Assembly: GCA_038141355.1 (NCBI GenBank)
Contig: JAYQHX010000002.1
Location: 933,900 to 997,899 of the forward strand
Direction of reading: 5' to 3'
Origin: Methanobacteriota archaeon
GTDB taxonomy: Archaea; Thermoplasmatota; Poseidoniia; Poseidoniales; Poseidoniaceae
DNA: 64,000 nucleotides
The position numbers and the translations under genes were made by a program. The notes beneath the pieces are model-generated. The model saw only the letters and a program-made list of their open reading frames with translations, was not told where the DNA came from and did not search any database. Every line of letters begins with the position of its first letter. Positions within the stretch are counted from its first letter, which is position 1. This document shows, piece after piece, positions 21,219 to 31,375 of this stretch.

Positions 21219-22306
21219 TGCGCGCTGTTATGTCATTTAGTGGAGGAATGGATTCCACTGGTCTTCTTCTGCGATTGCTTGCTGAAGGATACACAGTTAG
21301 TTGCATATCCTATGATTATCGGCAAAAGCACGTCATTGAAATCGAAAAAGCCTCTCAAAATATCAAATATTTGTCCGATAACGGATATAGTATTGAACAT
21401 AAAATCGTTGATTTGAGTTCAACTATAGGGATTTTCAGTAGTGCATTGACAGATTCAGAATTAGATGTACCCGAAGGATATTACGAACAAGAACAAATGA
21501 AAGCCACAGTAGTTCCAAATCGTAATGCTATATTTTCATCAATCATTTATGGATATGCCCTGTCCATACATTCAAATGAAGACGTGCCTGTGAAGATTGC
21601 CCTTGGAGTTCATTCTGGAGACCATGCGATATATCCTGATTGTCGACCTGAATTTTATGATGCTTTGGAAAAGGCATTCAATGTAGGAAATTGGGGCAGT
21701 GAGAATATTGAATTTTATCTTCCTTACCTTAACGGTGATAAAGAATCAATTCTGAGAGATGCTCTAAAGTCGACAAAAAAACTCGGTTTAGATTTTGATG
21801 TTGTTTTTGCTAATACAATTACTTCTTACAACCCAAATGAAAATGGTATTTCAAGCGGGCGAAGTGGTTCAGATGTTGAAAGAATTCTCGCCTTTGATTC
21901 AATCGGAAGAAAAGACCCGATTGAGTACCAGGAGCCATGGGGTGTTGTATTGTCAAATGCAAAGAAAGAACAATTACGATATTATGTTATGAAACAAAAT
22001 GGTACTGAGCGTGCTTTCACAGGAGAATACGATAAGCATTTTGAAGAGGGTAATTATTACTGCGCAGATTGTGATATAATTCTATTCACTTCTGACTCAA
22101 AATTTGATTCGGGGTGTGGTTGGCCTGCTTTTTCTAAAGAACATGAAACAGCTAACATAACACAATTGGAAGATACTAGTCATGGGATGACACGAATTGA
22201 AGTGAGATGTTCAAATTGTGATTCCCACCTTGGCCATCTATTCCATGAGTTCAAGGGGCCTAGATATTGCATCAACTCGATTTGTTTAGAATTTAGGAGG
22301 GAGTGA
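21218..22306 (+). CDS. queC: 7-cyano-7-deazaguanine synthase fused to methionine-R-sulfoxide reductase MsrB
   Basis: QueC part: SGGMDS, YRQKH, TVVPNRN, YPDCRPEF. MsrB part: GTERAFTG, CADC, KFDSGCGWPAF, R.EVRCSNCDSHLGHLF, RYCINS. Confidence 0.9.
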   Translation: MRAVMSFSGGMDSTGLLLRLLAEGYTVSCISYDYRQKHVIEIEKASQNIKYLSDNGYSIEHKIVDLSSTIGIFSSALTDSELDVPEGYYEQEQMKATVVPNRNAIFSSIIYGYALSIHSNEDVPVKIALGVHSGDHAIYPDCRPEFYDALEKAFNVGNWGSENIEFYLPYLNGDKESILRDALKSTKKLGLDFDVVFANTITSYNPNENGISSGRSGSDVERILAFDSIGRKDPIEYQEPWGVVLSNAKKEQLRYYVMKQNGTERAFTGEYDKHFEEGNYYCADCDIILFTSDSKFDSGCGWPAFSKEHETANITQLEDTSHGMTRIEVRCSNCDSHLGHLFHEFKGPRYCINSICLEFRRE

Positions 22307-22307
22307 T

Positions 22308-22757
22308 ATTACAACAATAATTCGTAGATATGTTGAGACCGATACAGGCCACAGAGTACCGAATCATAAATCCAAATGTCAACACATGCATGGCCACAGA
22401 TATAGATTTGAAGCAGAAATCGAAGGTGATGTTGTAGATGTTGAAGACGTATCTGAAGAAGGGATGTTAATTGATTTCTCTGACGTATCAAAGATATTGA
22501 CTGAACAAGTTCACGATATAATTGATCATGCTTTCTTGTACTATGAAAAAGACGAGTTATTGGTGAACCTATTTGATAAAATGCCACTAGAACATAGATT
22601 AGTGAAAGTTCCATTCATTCCGACAGCAGAAAACCTTGCAAAATGGGCTTTTGAACAGGTTGCACCACATATCAAAACAGCATATGGAAACAAATTACGG
22701 TTAGTAGCAATGCATGTCAGAGAAACCCCAAAATCCTGGGCTACTTGGAAGGATTAA
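22308..22757 (+). CDS. queD: 6-carboxy-5,6,7,8-tetrahydropterin synthase
   Basis: GHRVPNHKSKCQHMHGHRY, GMLIDF, DHAFL, PTAENLA, VRETP; the conserved N-terminus lies upstream of the first ATG (22386). Confidence 0.9.
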   Translation: MTTIIRRYVETDTGHRVPNHKSKCQHMHGHRYRFEAEIEGDVVDVEDVSEEGMLIDFSDVSKILTEQVHDIIDHAFLYYEKDELLVNLFDKMPLEHRLVKVPFIPTAENLAKWAFEQVAPHIKTAYGNKLRLVAMHVRETPKSWATWKD

Positions 22758-23553
22758 TCCTCTTTCTTCTATTTCTCTTCCAATTTTCATCGTTCTTAGC
22801 AAATTCAAGTGCTGTCGTTGCCTGAATTAGTGCCCCGATTAAGCGTTCTGCCTCTAAATCTGTAGGAAGACCGCGGAATATCACACGTTCAATGACATCT
22901 TGCAATAGTTCTTGTTTATCGGTATCCAGTGATTTTGATAATTCTAATACTGATTGTTTTAGAATCGTGCGCAATTCAGGTGTCATTTCCCTTTCAGCAA
23001 CTACTCCCGTAATATTACTAGAGTCGATTACTCTGTCCCGATGTAGTTCGTAAACACAATGACCAACGGCTTGGGAAAGATTCGCTATTGGATATCCTTC
23101 CCATGTTGGTAGAGTGAGCAGTAAGTCGCATTGGTCTAAGTCTTCTGTCGAAAGCCCCTTCCCTTCTTCTCCGAATATCAATGACACTTTACCCGTATAT
23201 GTGCGCATCTTTTCTGAAAACTCCCAAGGAAGTATGAAATGCCTTTTTAGAATTTTAGAACCTACCTCTCTTTTTCCACTGGTCCCAATTACCAACGATG
23301 AATCTTGAACGCATTCTGAGAGACTTTGGAATATTTTTGTATTGTCTAATATTATACCGGAATGTTTTGCTCTGTTTCTTGCCTCTTCGTCCTCGACAGA
23401 ACAATTTGGATTGACTAATGATAATTTATCAAACCCATGGTTTAGCATGGTTCGGCATACCGCACCTAAATTTCCAGGATGATTTACACCTACGAGGACA
23501 ATTTCCAATTGATAAGGAGACTCCGGCAAGGGTATTTTTTGCCGGTCACCCAT
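22741..23553 (-). CDS. SPOUT RNA methyltransferase, TrmJ/TrmH family
   Basis: PGNLGAVCRTMLNHG, IFGEEGKGLS..L..CD, NLSQAV. Confidence 0.88.
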   Translation of the reverse strand: MGDRQKIPLPESPYQLEIVLVGVNHPGNLGAVCRTMLNHGFDKLSLVNPNCSVEDEEARNRAKHSGIILDNTKIFQSLSECVQDSSLVIGTSGKREVGSKILKRHFILPWEFSEKMRTYTGKVSLIFGEEGKGLSTEDLDQCDLLLTLPTWEGYPIANLSQAVGHCVYELHRDRVIDSSNITGVVAEREMTPELRTILKQSVLELSKSLDTDKQELLQDVIERVIFRGLPTDLEAERLIGALIQATTALEFAKNDENWKRNRRKRINPSK

Positions 23554-23756
23554 CAAATTGCCTCCGTTAACCAACGTGGATCACATGGGCCATAAAGAAA
23601 GAATACGGCTTCTTCTTCATTTTCTCTATCTGGCATAATTATCGAATGTTTCTTGAAATTATGATTATTTCGAAGATGTTGAATCAAATTTTGCAATTCG
23701 ATTTTGTCACCATGGACGCTAACGGGTGTCCTATCCCAGGCGACACGAATCGCCAT
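23553..23756 (-). CDS. Small hypothetical protein
   Basis: 67-aa ORF translationally coupled within the r-protein operon. Confidence 0.65.
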   Translation of the reverse strand: MAIRVAWDRTPVSVHGDKIELQNLIQHLRNNHNFKKHSIIMPDRENEEEAVFFLYGPCDPRWLTEAI

Positions 23757-23765
23757 ATAATCAAC

Positions 23766-23957
23766 TCAATCGGTTCTTCTCTGACGGTATCTTGTCACGT
23801 ATCCAGCAATCCAGTTACGCAATTTTTTAGATTCAACGTCAGTTAGTTGTTCCACGACTTTCTTGTTGTGGTCGAAATCATCTGTGAATTTTTCGCCGTG
23901 CTCTTCGCACAATCTAATCGCTCTTAATTTGATGAATGTAGGTCGAATATTTCCCAT
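23766..23957 (-). CDS. rps17e: 30S ribosomal protein S17e
   Basis: MGNIRPTFIK, FTDDFDHNKK, SKKLRNWIAGYVT. Confidence 0.96.
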   Translation of the reverse strand: MGNIRPTFIKLRAIRLCEEHGEKFTDDFDHNKKVVEQLTDVESKKLRNWIAGYVTRYRQRRTD

Positions 23958-23959
23958 AA

Positions 23960-24235
23960 TTAATCCTCCATTAGTTTTACTTCGATAGGAATGTCTGGCT
24001 CATCGTGCCTTGTAACTTGAAGTCTAATCTTTCGAGGAGGATTTTCAATCCCTCTTGCCCAAATGGCTTCATTGACTGCTGGATCTATCCATACTTCTTC
24101 CTCTTCGGTTACCTTCAAATGTTTTACAACTTCATTCTTGATAATCTGCATTGCTCTAGGTGCACGCTTGAATCGAGTAATGTTCCATGCGTTTCGTAGA
24201 GGGACAACTAATTCACTAACTGCTGCTCTTGCCAT
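23960..24235 (-). CDS. rpl31e: 50S ribosomal protein L31e
   Basis: VPLR, KRAPRA, IDPAVNEAIWARGIENPPRKIR. Confidence 0.95.
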   Translation of the reverse strand: MARAAVSELVVPLRNAWNITRFKRAPRAMQIIKNEVVKHLKVTEEEEVWIDPAVNEAIWARGIENPPRKIRLQVTRHDEPDIPIEVKLMED

Positions 24236-24239
24236 TTAA

Positions 24240-24395
24240 TCACCTCTGTAGTTTGCTGCGTCTCCAGTTGTGACGCTTAGGGTGAGAAACAGTGTTTCTT
24301 GCTGTTTTTAGCATAACCCAAACTGGTACCCTGCGGTTTTGCTTGCCCGCTTTTAGTAGTCTGATTTTCTTAGCTGCTGGTTTATTTCTTGCCAT
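24240..24395 (-). CDS. rpl39e: 50S ribosomal protein L39e; absent from the ORF track
   Basis: Hand translation [51 protein letters not shown]. Confidence 0.96.
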   Translation of the reverse strand: MARNKPAAKKIRLLKAGKQNRRVPVWVMLKTARNTVSHPKRHNWRRSKLQR

Positions 24396-24404
24396 AATTT
24401 CACC

Positions 24405-24773
24405 TCAAATTCTTCTGATTGATACCTCTCGCTTGTTTTCCGAAAGGCCTGATAGAATCTTCTTTAATTGCGTATCATTAACCGGGATTTGAATTCGATT
24501 ATCTGAATGGAGTTTCGATAGATGTGATTTAACTTGAGTTGTTAATTCGGGATTGACAAGGTTTAGGCTTGCCAATCTGCTACGAGCATCTGGTGTTAGA
24601 ATTGTTTTCATTGCTGTATCCAATTCAGCTTGTTGGTTTTCAGCAGCCTTTTGTTGAATTTCCATTTCGGTTTGAGCCGCTGCTTGCTGCTCGATTTGAT
24701 TTTGTAATTCTGCCATTCTTTGTGCACGCAATGTGGCCAAATCATCATCGATATTCGAAGACATACTGACCAC
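24405..24773 (-). CDS. PDCD5-like DNA-binding protein
   Basis: LRAQRMAELQ, ILTPDARSRL, LKKIL; canonical position between S19e and L39e. Confidence 0.9.
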   Translation of the reverse strand: MVSMSSNIDDDLATLRAQRMAELQNQIEQQAAAQTEMEIQQKAAENQQAELDTAMKTILTPDARSRLASLNLVNPELTTQVKSHLSKLHSDNRIQIPVNDTQLKKILSGLSENKREVSIRRI

Positions 24774-24786
24774 TACCTCACTTCCA

Positions 24787-25278
24787 TCAATATTTGGCTA
24801 ATCCTGGATACAATTCATCCGCAGATGACTTGACAGAATGTGCAGCCTCGTCCAAGAGTTTATGCCCATTTCCAGTCAAGGATCTTCCAGCATATAATTT
24901 CTGGTCACCGTCTTCTGATTCTACGGTTTTCAATTCTTTAGCCTCTACAAGTCCTGCATCGGTTAGTTGTTGCAGTGCTGTTCTAATGATATGCCTGCTA
25001 CCCATTGCTGGAGTATTCGGCCTTGAACCGTTGTCTTTTCTGCCACCAAATGATTGGGCTAGTGCATTGACTCCAATTGGACCTTCTCTGCCGACTTTTC
25101 GCAAAATAGCAGCACAGCGCATTTCCCACCAGTCATCTTGTACAGGGGGCTTTTCCTTGTGGACACCGGTTTTTACATAATTAGCCCAATCAGGTTTTGA
25201 AATTGCATCCAATCCGGATAATTTTTCAGCAACAGCTGGGTTCAATAAGTCAGCAGGGACATCAAAAAACGTCGTCAT
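24787..25278 (-). CDS. rps19e: 30S ribosomal protein S19e
   Basis: DVPAD, PDWANYVKTGVHKEKPP, WW..RCAAILRK, IIRTALQQL. Confidence 0.95.
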   Translation of the reverse strand: MTTFFDVPADLLNPAVAEKLSGLDAISKPDWANYVKTGVHKEKPPVQDDWWEMRCAAILRKVGREGPIGVNALAQSFGGRKDNGSRPNTPAMGSRHIIRTALQQLTDAGLVEAKELKTVESEDGDQKLYAGRSLTGNGHKLLDEAAHSVKSSADELYPGLAKY

Positions 25279-25388
25279 GTTAACACCAAGCAACTTGCCG
25301 ACCTTACTCCCATATATGAATGACACTGTTATTGAATAAAATTATGGATGCATGAATAGGGCACTGCGCACCAAGTTCAGTAGGATTC

Positions 25389-26219
25389 ATGAAGGGTTGC
25401 AATTTGGCCAAAAACATGAGAAAAGCATTGGCTCAAAATCCCAACCTATTGCGGACTTTAATGGGCTTAGGATTGACCCTAATTTTCTTGCTGGGTTATG
25501 CGGTCTATGGAGCAACAATTAGCACGGAGTACTACATTTACAAATCAGAATCCTTGGAGTCTGAAGTAAATACAACTTTCGATGACAGATACTACAATGA
25601 AAATTCTGATACCACGACATGGACATGGGATGCAAATGTAAACTCATTCAATCTTACTTGGCTGAATTTAAGCGTTAGTTCACTAGAAGATGGGACATTA
25701 TTGTATATTTCAAACACCGTTGGTTTATACAGCCACCCATCACTTGGGAAATCAGATGCAACTAAATTTTCATGTAAAGAAAATTGTTATTTTGCATTAG
25801 AACATAGAGTAAATTCTTCTGAAGGAGTTGCAGAAATTACCGCACTAACTAATCCCGACCCAGCAATCCGCGGTTCCGGTACTGTATACGCTGACTCTAA
25901 AGAGCAAGCAATCACAAAGGCAAGAAATATTCTTGCAAGCAATTACACCGATTCAAATTTCAAAATCACACTAGTAGAAATTGGAAATAAAGATGTACAG
26001 CCTATTTTGAGTTTCACGCAAGTAAATGAAGAATTGAGCAGTATTGAGAGATTTCAAGTCGACGCTGCAACAGAATTTATGTGGGCGCTTGCTGCAGTGA
26101 TCGGTTGTTTTAGCATGGTACTTGTTCCTTCGTTTACAATCTATTTTGCTGCTAGAGCAAAAGAAAAGAAACTGGAAGTCAAATTAGAACTAGCAAAACA
26201 GAATCTAGAAAATGAATAA
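25389..26219 (+). CDS. Hypothetical membrane protein (N- and C-terminal TM helices)
   Basis: 276-aa ORF with two hydrophobic segments flanking a Ser/Thr/Asn-rich domain. Confidence 0.7.
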   Translation: MKGCNLAKNMRKALAQNPNLLRTLMGLGLTLIFLLGYAVYGATISTEYYIYKSESLESEVNTTFDDRYYNENSDTTTWTWDANVNSFNLTWLNLSVSSLEDGTLLYISNTVGLYSHPSLGKSDATKFSCKENCYFALEHRVNSSEGVAEITALTNPDPAIRGSGTVYADSKEQAITKARNILASNYTDSNFKITLVEIGNKDVQPILSFTQVNEELSSIERFQVDAATEFMWALAAVIGCFSMVLVPSFTIYFAARAKEKKLEVKLELAKQNLENE

Positions 26220-26242
26220 TTTATCCGAAGGTATGATATTCA

Positions 26243-29200
26243 TTGCATATTTGTCCTGTTATGAGGACGATGAAAAAACTAGCATTCTTCGTGTTGGCGG
26301 TGTTAATTCTACCAAGTTTGACAAATGTTGCTGGTACAAATGGTCGGTCTACCAATATTGACCTCACTGTTGGGGATATTTCGATAACATATCCCGATTC
26401 AACAAATCGATCAAAATATCAAATGTTTTCATCTAATTATCCAATAATTGGTTTTTCGAAGCCACAAAACTTGTACGTCACAGACGGAGTTCTAGGTGTA
26501 GAAATGAATATCAACATCGAAATACAGAATTTGGGAACTGCTCAATCTGGTTTCATCGATGTACAGGTATATGTATTGCACAATGAATATACTAGGTTTG
26601 AATTGTTAAATTATACAACAGGTATGAGCCCAATAGCAGGTTCTGCTAGTTCTTCCACAGATGTGCTTTGGATTCCGCAATATTCTGGCAATCACACATT
26701 GCAGGTTATCGTGTCTAATAATGCAGGAGATGATGATACAAATAATAATCAGAGGAATCGACACATGACGATAGCATATTCATACGACAATTGCGCTGAT
26801 ATGTCTTTATGGAGTTCTACTGGAGATTGGAACGTCAATAGCGATGCATTCATTACATCTCCATCCGCTTTCCACATCGGTAATGGTGAATTTTCAACTT
26901 ACGCAGCATCACGAACATCTATCCTAACAACACCTGTCATGAATCTCGCAGACGATGTAAATGGTCACAAAGCCGCTATTGGCTATTCATTCTTTTACAC
27001 AGGTGGCGCAAATACGGGTGATTCATTAGTAGGGTATGCCCTTGATGATGGAGGAAATTGGGATCAGACATTCACATTGCAAAATGTTGTTGACAACGAT
27101 TTTCAAGATGGCAGTAATAACTGGCAAACTTTTACTGCTTCATACAATGGGAGAAACTCCCCTTTGATTCCGCTTTCTAATGAACACTTTCATTCTAATT
27201 CACAATTTAGATTTACATTCACTTCAGATGCTAATTCGGAGGATATCGGTTATTGGTTTGATGAATTTGTCATAATATACGACCAAGCCGCTAGAAAAAG
27301 TGAATTCAACATTGACCTCTCAGGTGTGAATACCTTTGGAGGCTTACCAGGTGATTGGTCCATTACAAGGCTAATTGCGCAAAACACCGGCAATATCTCT
27401 GCAAGATATACACCTGAAGTGTTTGGAGTTCCTGAAGGCTGGACTTATTATTTTTCAAACACAAATGGAGCGAACATAGGATCTTCAGGACTTGAAATCT
27501 TACCCGGGGAGAGTAAAATTTTCGATTTGCGTGTATTGGTCGATGAAAATGCATCGCAAGGAAATCTACCGGTAATTGTCAACATGACATCAAACACACA
27601 TTCTGATGTCACAGATTCAATAACAAGCTCGGTTAAGGTTCTGCCTTCACGTGTACCAGATATTATCCAACCAGAATTTACACCAAGATGTAAGCCAGGT
27701 GATACTTGCAATTTCCAAATTGAATTACAAAATATCGGTGAGGCTACTGACGTATTCGATATTACAATAGAAAACAAGAATGTTCCACAAGGCTGGTCAA
27801 TATCACTTGCATGGAACCAATCAACAAGCATTCTTGTAAGAACAGATAGTCCAAGATATATTTGGTTGACAGCAACAGTTCCATCAGGTATCGAACCCGA
27901 TATTACAGCAGAGGTTTATCTTACTGCTACTAGTACAAATGATTCCAGAAGATTTGATACCGAAGTAATCGATGTTGCTGCTGCAATGACGAGCGTTTCT
28001 GAAATTACAAATGAAGCCCCAGAATTGATTTTAGTAGATGCGGGTGATTCTGTCGATATCACGATGCGAATATGGAATAACGCTTCACGTATTGATATTT
28101 TCAGACCTTCTGTCACACATACAGAGATTCCGGGATGGACGGTTGTAGTTCAAAACACTCCGGATTTGGCAATATCTCCAGGATCATCTTCAGTATTCAC
28201 CATAAGAATTAGTGCGCCAACTACAGCACAAGCTGGTGATGCCGGTCCCATGATTTCTGCTAAAGCAATTTCTCTACGTTCCGGAGAAGAAATCATTGGA
28301 GATGGTTGGCAAGGTATCAAAGTTCAAACATATCACAACCTCAGTCTGGAATTATTAGACAATCCTGAAACTATGCCACCGGGTATACCTTTTGCAGTTA
28401 ATGTGAAAATTACTAACAATGGAAATGGGCCGGATACAGCAATCTTAGATTTACCTTGGTCACCAGATACCTGGGATTGGTGGGCGTTTAGCGATGGAGT
28501 AAATGTGACAGAAGGTATTGATTTGTCACCCTCATATGACCTTGAAAATGAAAAAATTGTAAATGTATGGATTCTTTTACATTCCTTGGAATCTGCAGGT
28601 GAAATCCATGAAATAACATTAAGTGTAATTTCTAGTTCCGGTACAGACATTTACGATGAGGATAATGATGTAATGTTCGAAGCAATAACTGAGATGATTA
28701 AACAACCAAGGCTTGATGGATACTTTGGAGAGATTGTGGTTGAAACAAATTCATCGCATGCTTTCAACGCTACAGCCTGGAATATCGGTAATGCCGCTGA
28801 TTCTACTATCAGAACCAAATTGATTATTCAAACCTCACCACCATCATCATGTGTTATTGGATTCATCTCGACAGATACAGGTTTGTCCAAACCATCTGGT
28901 GAATGGATGTCGCTAAATCTAGGGCCAACTCAAGCCACTGAGTTGGTAGCTGACGTGATTGTTGGTAGTGATTGTGGTTTGAATACGATTATCTCAGCAA
29001 AAATCCAACTCGAGGGAGGCATGGATGAATTGGGTCGACCAATAATGAAAGAGTTAACAGCCGTTCTTATGGTTGGTGAAAGAAGAAGTGTCGATGTTGA
29101 CTTTATATCAGTGCAAATTGAGCCAATCGATTACGACAAAACGCATGTGTTGTGGTATAATTTCACATCGACTAGTACAAAATCAGAAATCTTCGATATA

Positions 29201-29753
29201 AATGCTACATTACCAGATGAGTGGGGAATGATTTGTGATGGTATCCCAATTCATCTGAATCCTACGCATCGAATTGAATGAAGGGCACATTAATTCGCAA
29301 ATTCATAATATGCGTTGTGAAATCATCAGAGAAGGTGGTGACTTGACAGGTGAAATAACACTTCATATCGCTGGATCCGATGATAGAATAAACCAGAATA
29401 TATCCCAAGATTTAGTATGGAATCCAAAACCTGTAGAAGAAGGTTTGTTTTCAAATCAGAATGCGGTCATTGGAGGTTCGGTAATTGGCATTATTATCTT
29501 GGGCGCAGTCATATTCTTGGTGATGAGAAAACCTGAACAAGAAGAAGATGATTATGAGATGGAAAAGTATGACTCACCTACGGTTGGTCCACCCGCTTCT
29601 GCAGTCTTTGAAACTTCTACGCCTATTCAAAGTACACCAACAACCGAAGACCCTGCAATGATAGAATATCAAAGGCAGGTTGAAGAATACAATAGACAGA
29701 TGGCAGAATACCAAGCATGGCAAGCATCGCAAGGTTCACAGCCTGAGCAATAG
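26243..29753 (+). CDS. Large secreted surface protein with CARDB/NEW3-like Ig repeats and C-terminal TM anchor (frameshift near 29270)
   Basis: Signal peptide; repeated N.GN..D...P.GW...L.PG units; TM helix and Pro/Gln-rich tail in ORF 29274-29753. Confidence 0.8.
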
Positions 29754-29763
29754 TCCACGTACT

Positions 29764-29943
29764 ATGAATGAGTACCCTGATGTTTGGTACTACCTTCTAA
29801 CTCTAGTTTCCATTTTGGGCGTTCTAACATGGATTTTGGATAAATTTAGTGAGAGAGATAACATTAAGCGAATATCCGGAATCTTAGGGTCATTATGCAT
29901 GCTTGGACTGGTATATGTGACACTAACAATGGATGGTGCATAA
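29764..29943 (+). CDS. Small 2-TM membrane protein (59 aa)
   Basis: MNEYPDVWYYLL...; two hydrophobic helices; abuts both neighbouring genes. Confidence 0.6.
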   Translation: MNEYPDVWYYLLTLVSILGVLTWILDKFSERDNIKRISGILGSLCMLGLVYVTLTMDGA

Positions 29944-30328
29944 ATGTCGACTGAAGATTGGTTGAATTTAATTCCCATCAAGTTACCCGTTGAATGGGAA
30001 TATGTGGGTGATGCAGGCTTGCATCCAAATTTACCCAATGTATCAGGAAGAGGGGTTGTCATAATAATTCAAAAGAAATTCACTAAATTTGAAAAATTAT
30101 TGGCTAAATTACTCAAGGCACCTAGAACTGTAAGGAGAACAATGCACCATACTCAATCTATGTTATGGGAATTAATTGATGGGGAAAGAAATGTTCAACA
30201 GATTTGTAAAATAATGGACGATTTATACCATGAAGATATCGCACCGGTAAATGAACGTAAAGGCATATCTCGAAGTATTCATTGGCCTAAATGTTATTTC
30301 ATTGTTCAGAGTTAAGGAAGAAGAGTAA
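29944..30328 (+). CDS. PqqD-family (RRE-like) protein (frameshift near 30258)
   Basis: SMLWELIDGERNVQQI...PVNER, continuing as VKAYLEVF in the alternate frame. Confidence 0.65.
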
Positions 30329-30636
30329 GAATATTTTCAACCGGCCTACCAATAACACATCGATTCTGATCAACTAATATGGGCCGTTGTAGGAGTTTTG
30401 GATGATTAAGCAGAAGATTTTTTATCGCCGAATAATCTTCAATGTCAATTTCATTTTCTTTGTAAAGACTCTTCATTTATTCTTATTATACCAGGTAATC
30501 TAGACAAATTATCAATATCATCCGGGTGAATACCATTTTTGATGTATTCATGAATTTCAAACTCTATGTTTAATTCTTGCAAAATTTTTACTGCTTCTCT
30601 CGATTTAGAACATCGAGGATTGTGATATAATCTCAT
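30312..30636 (-). CDS. arsC: ArsC/Spx family arsenate reductase-like protein (frameshift near 30465)
   Basis: YHNPRCSKSR at the N-terminus; HPKLLQRPI...IGRP in the alternate frame. Confidence 0.85.
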
Positions 30637-30650
30637 AAAATTTTCAACTC

Positions 30651-31280
30651 CTAAATAGGGACCCATATTACACGAAAACCAATTGAATCACTCTTCTTAT
30701 CAGGTGAAAATAATCTATAAGATGACACCTGTGTTGATTCAGATTCAGTCAACCAAGAACCACCTTTTGTGATATATTTTCCATCTTTTTCACTACTGGT
30801 CCATTCTGCAACGTTGCCATGCAAGTCAAACAAACCCCAATTATTCGCTTGTTTTTGACCAACTTCTCTAGTAGTTGCTCCGGAATTTCCAGCATGCCAT
30901 GCTACTGCGTCAACTTCGTTGTCTTTGTTTGAGTGATACCATTTAGTATCGGTCCCTGCACGACAAAAATACTCCCACTCATGCTTGTCAGGCAGCCTAT
31001 ATTTTCCATTCAAACCTAATTTGATTTCAGCATCATGTTCGTTAAGTCTAGAAATGTACTCATTACAATCGTGCCAAGATATATTTTCAACTGGCCTTAA
31101 ACCAGCCGACCAACCATCGCTGAATTTTGAAGGGTTCGTTTCCATTATAGATGTCCATTCAACTTGAGTGACAGGTCGAGCGCTTACAAAAAAAGGCTCG
31201 TTAATTTCTATCCCACAATTTGAACCTGGTTCAATTAAAACAAAAGATCCGCCATATTCATTATTGAAAGACGGTCTCAT
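30651..31280 (-). CDS. FGE-sulfatase (SUMF1)-domain protein
   Basis: PVTQ..W, PVENISW, RLP..EWEY.CRAG, NNWGLFDLHGNVAEW, GGSW, IGFR. Confidence 0.85.
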   Translation of the reverse strand: MRPSFNNEYGGSFVLIEPGSNCGIEINEPFFVSARPVTQVEWTSIMETNPSKFSDGWSAGLRPVENISWHDCNEYISRLNEHDAEIKLGLNGKYRLPDKHEWEYFCRAGTDTKWYHSNKDNEVDAVAWHAGNSGATTREVGQKQANNWGLFDLHGNVAEWTSSEKDGKYITKGGSWLTESESTQVSSYRLFSPDKKSDSIGFRVIWVPI

Positions 31281-31375
31281 AATTATAGCCAAACATAATT
31301 TGCGTATCAATCATACGGGAACGCATACGGATAAGCCTTATCCCTTATGGAATTTTCAAGAGACTTGGTGACACC

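Noticed and set aside
21970..22306. Selenocysteine in MsrB
   Set aside because: The catalytic residue is encoded by TGC (YCINS); there is no in-frame TGA.
19852..22757. folE-queE-queC-queD as a dpd-type DNA deazaguanine modification or defence island
   Set aside because: No dpdA/TGT paralog, helicase or nuclease is nearby and the flanks are housekeeping genes; archaeosine precursor synthesis is the simpler reading.
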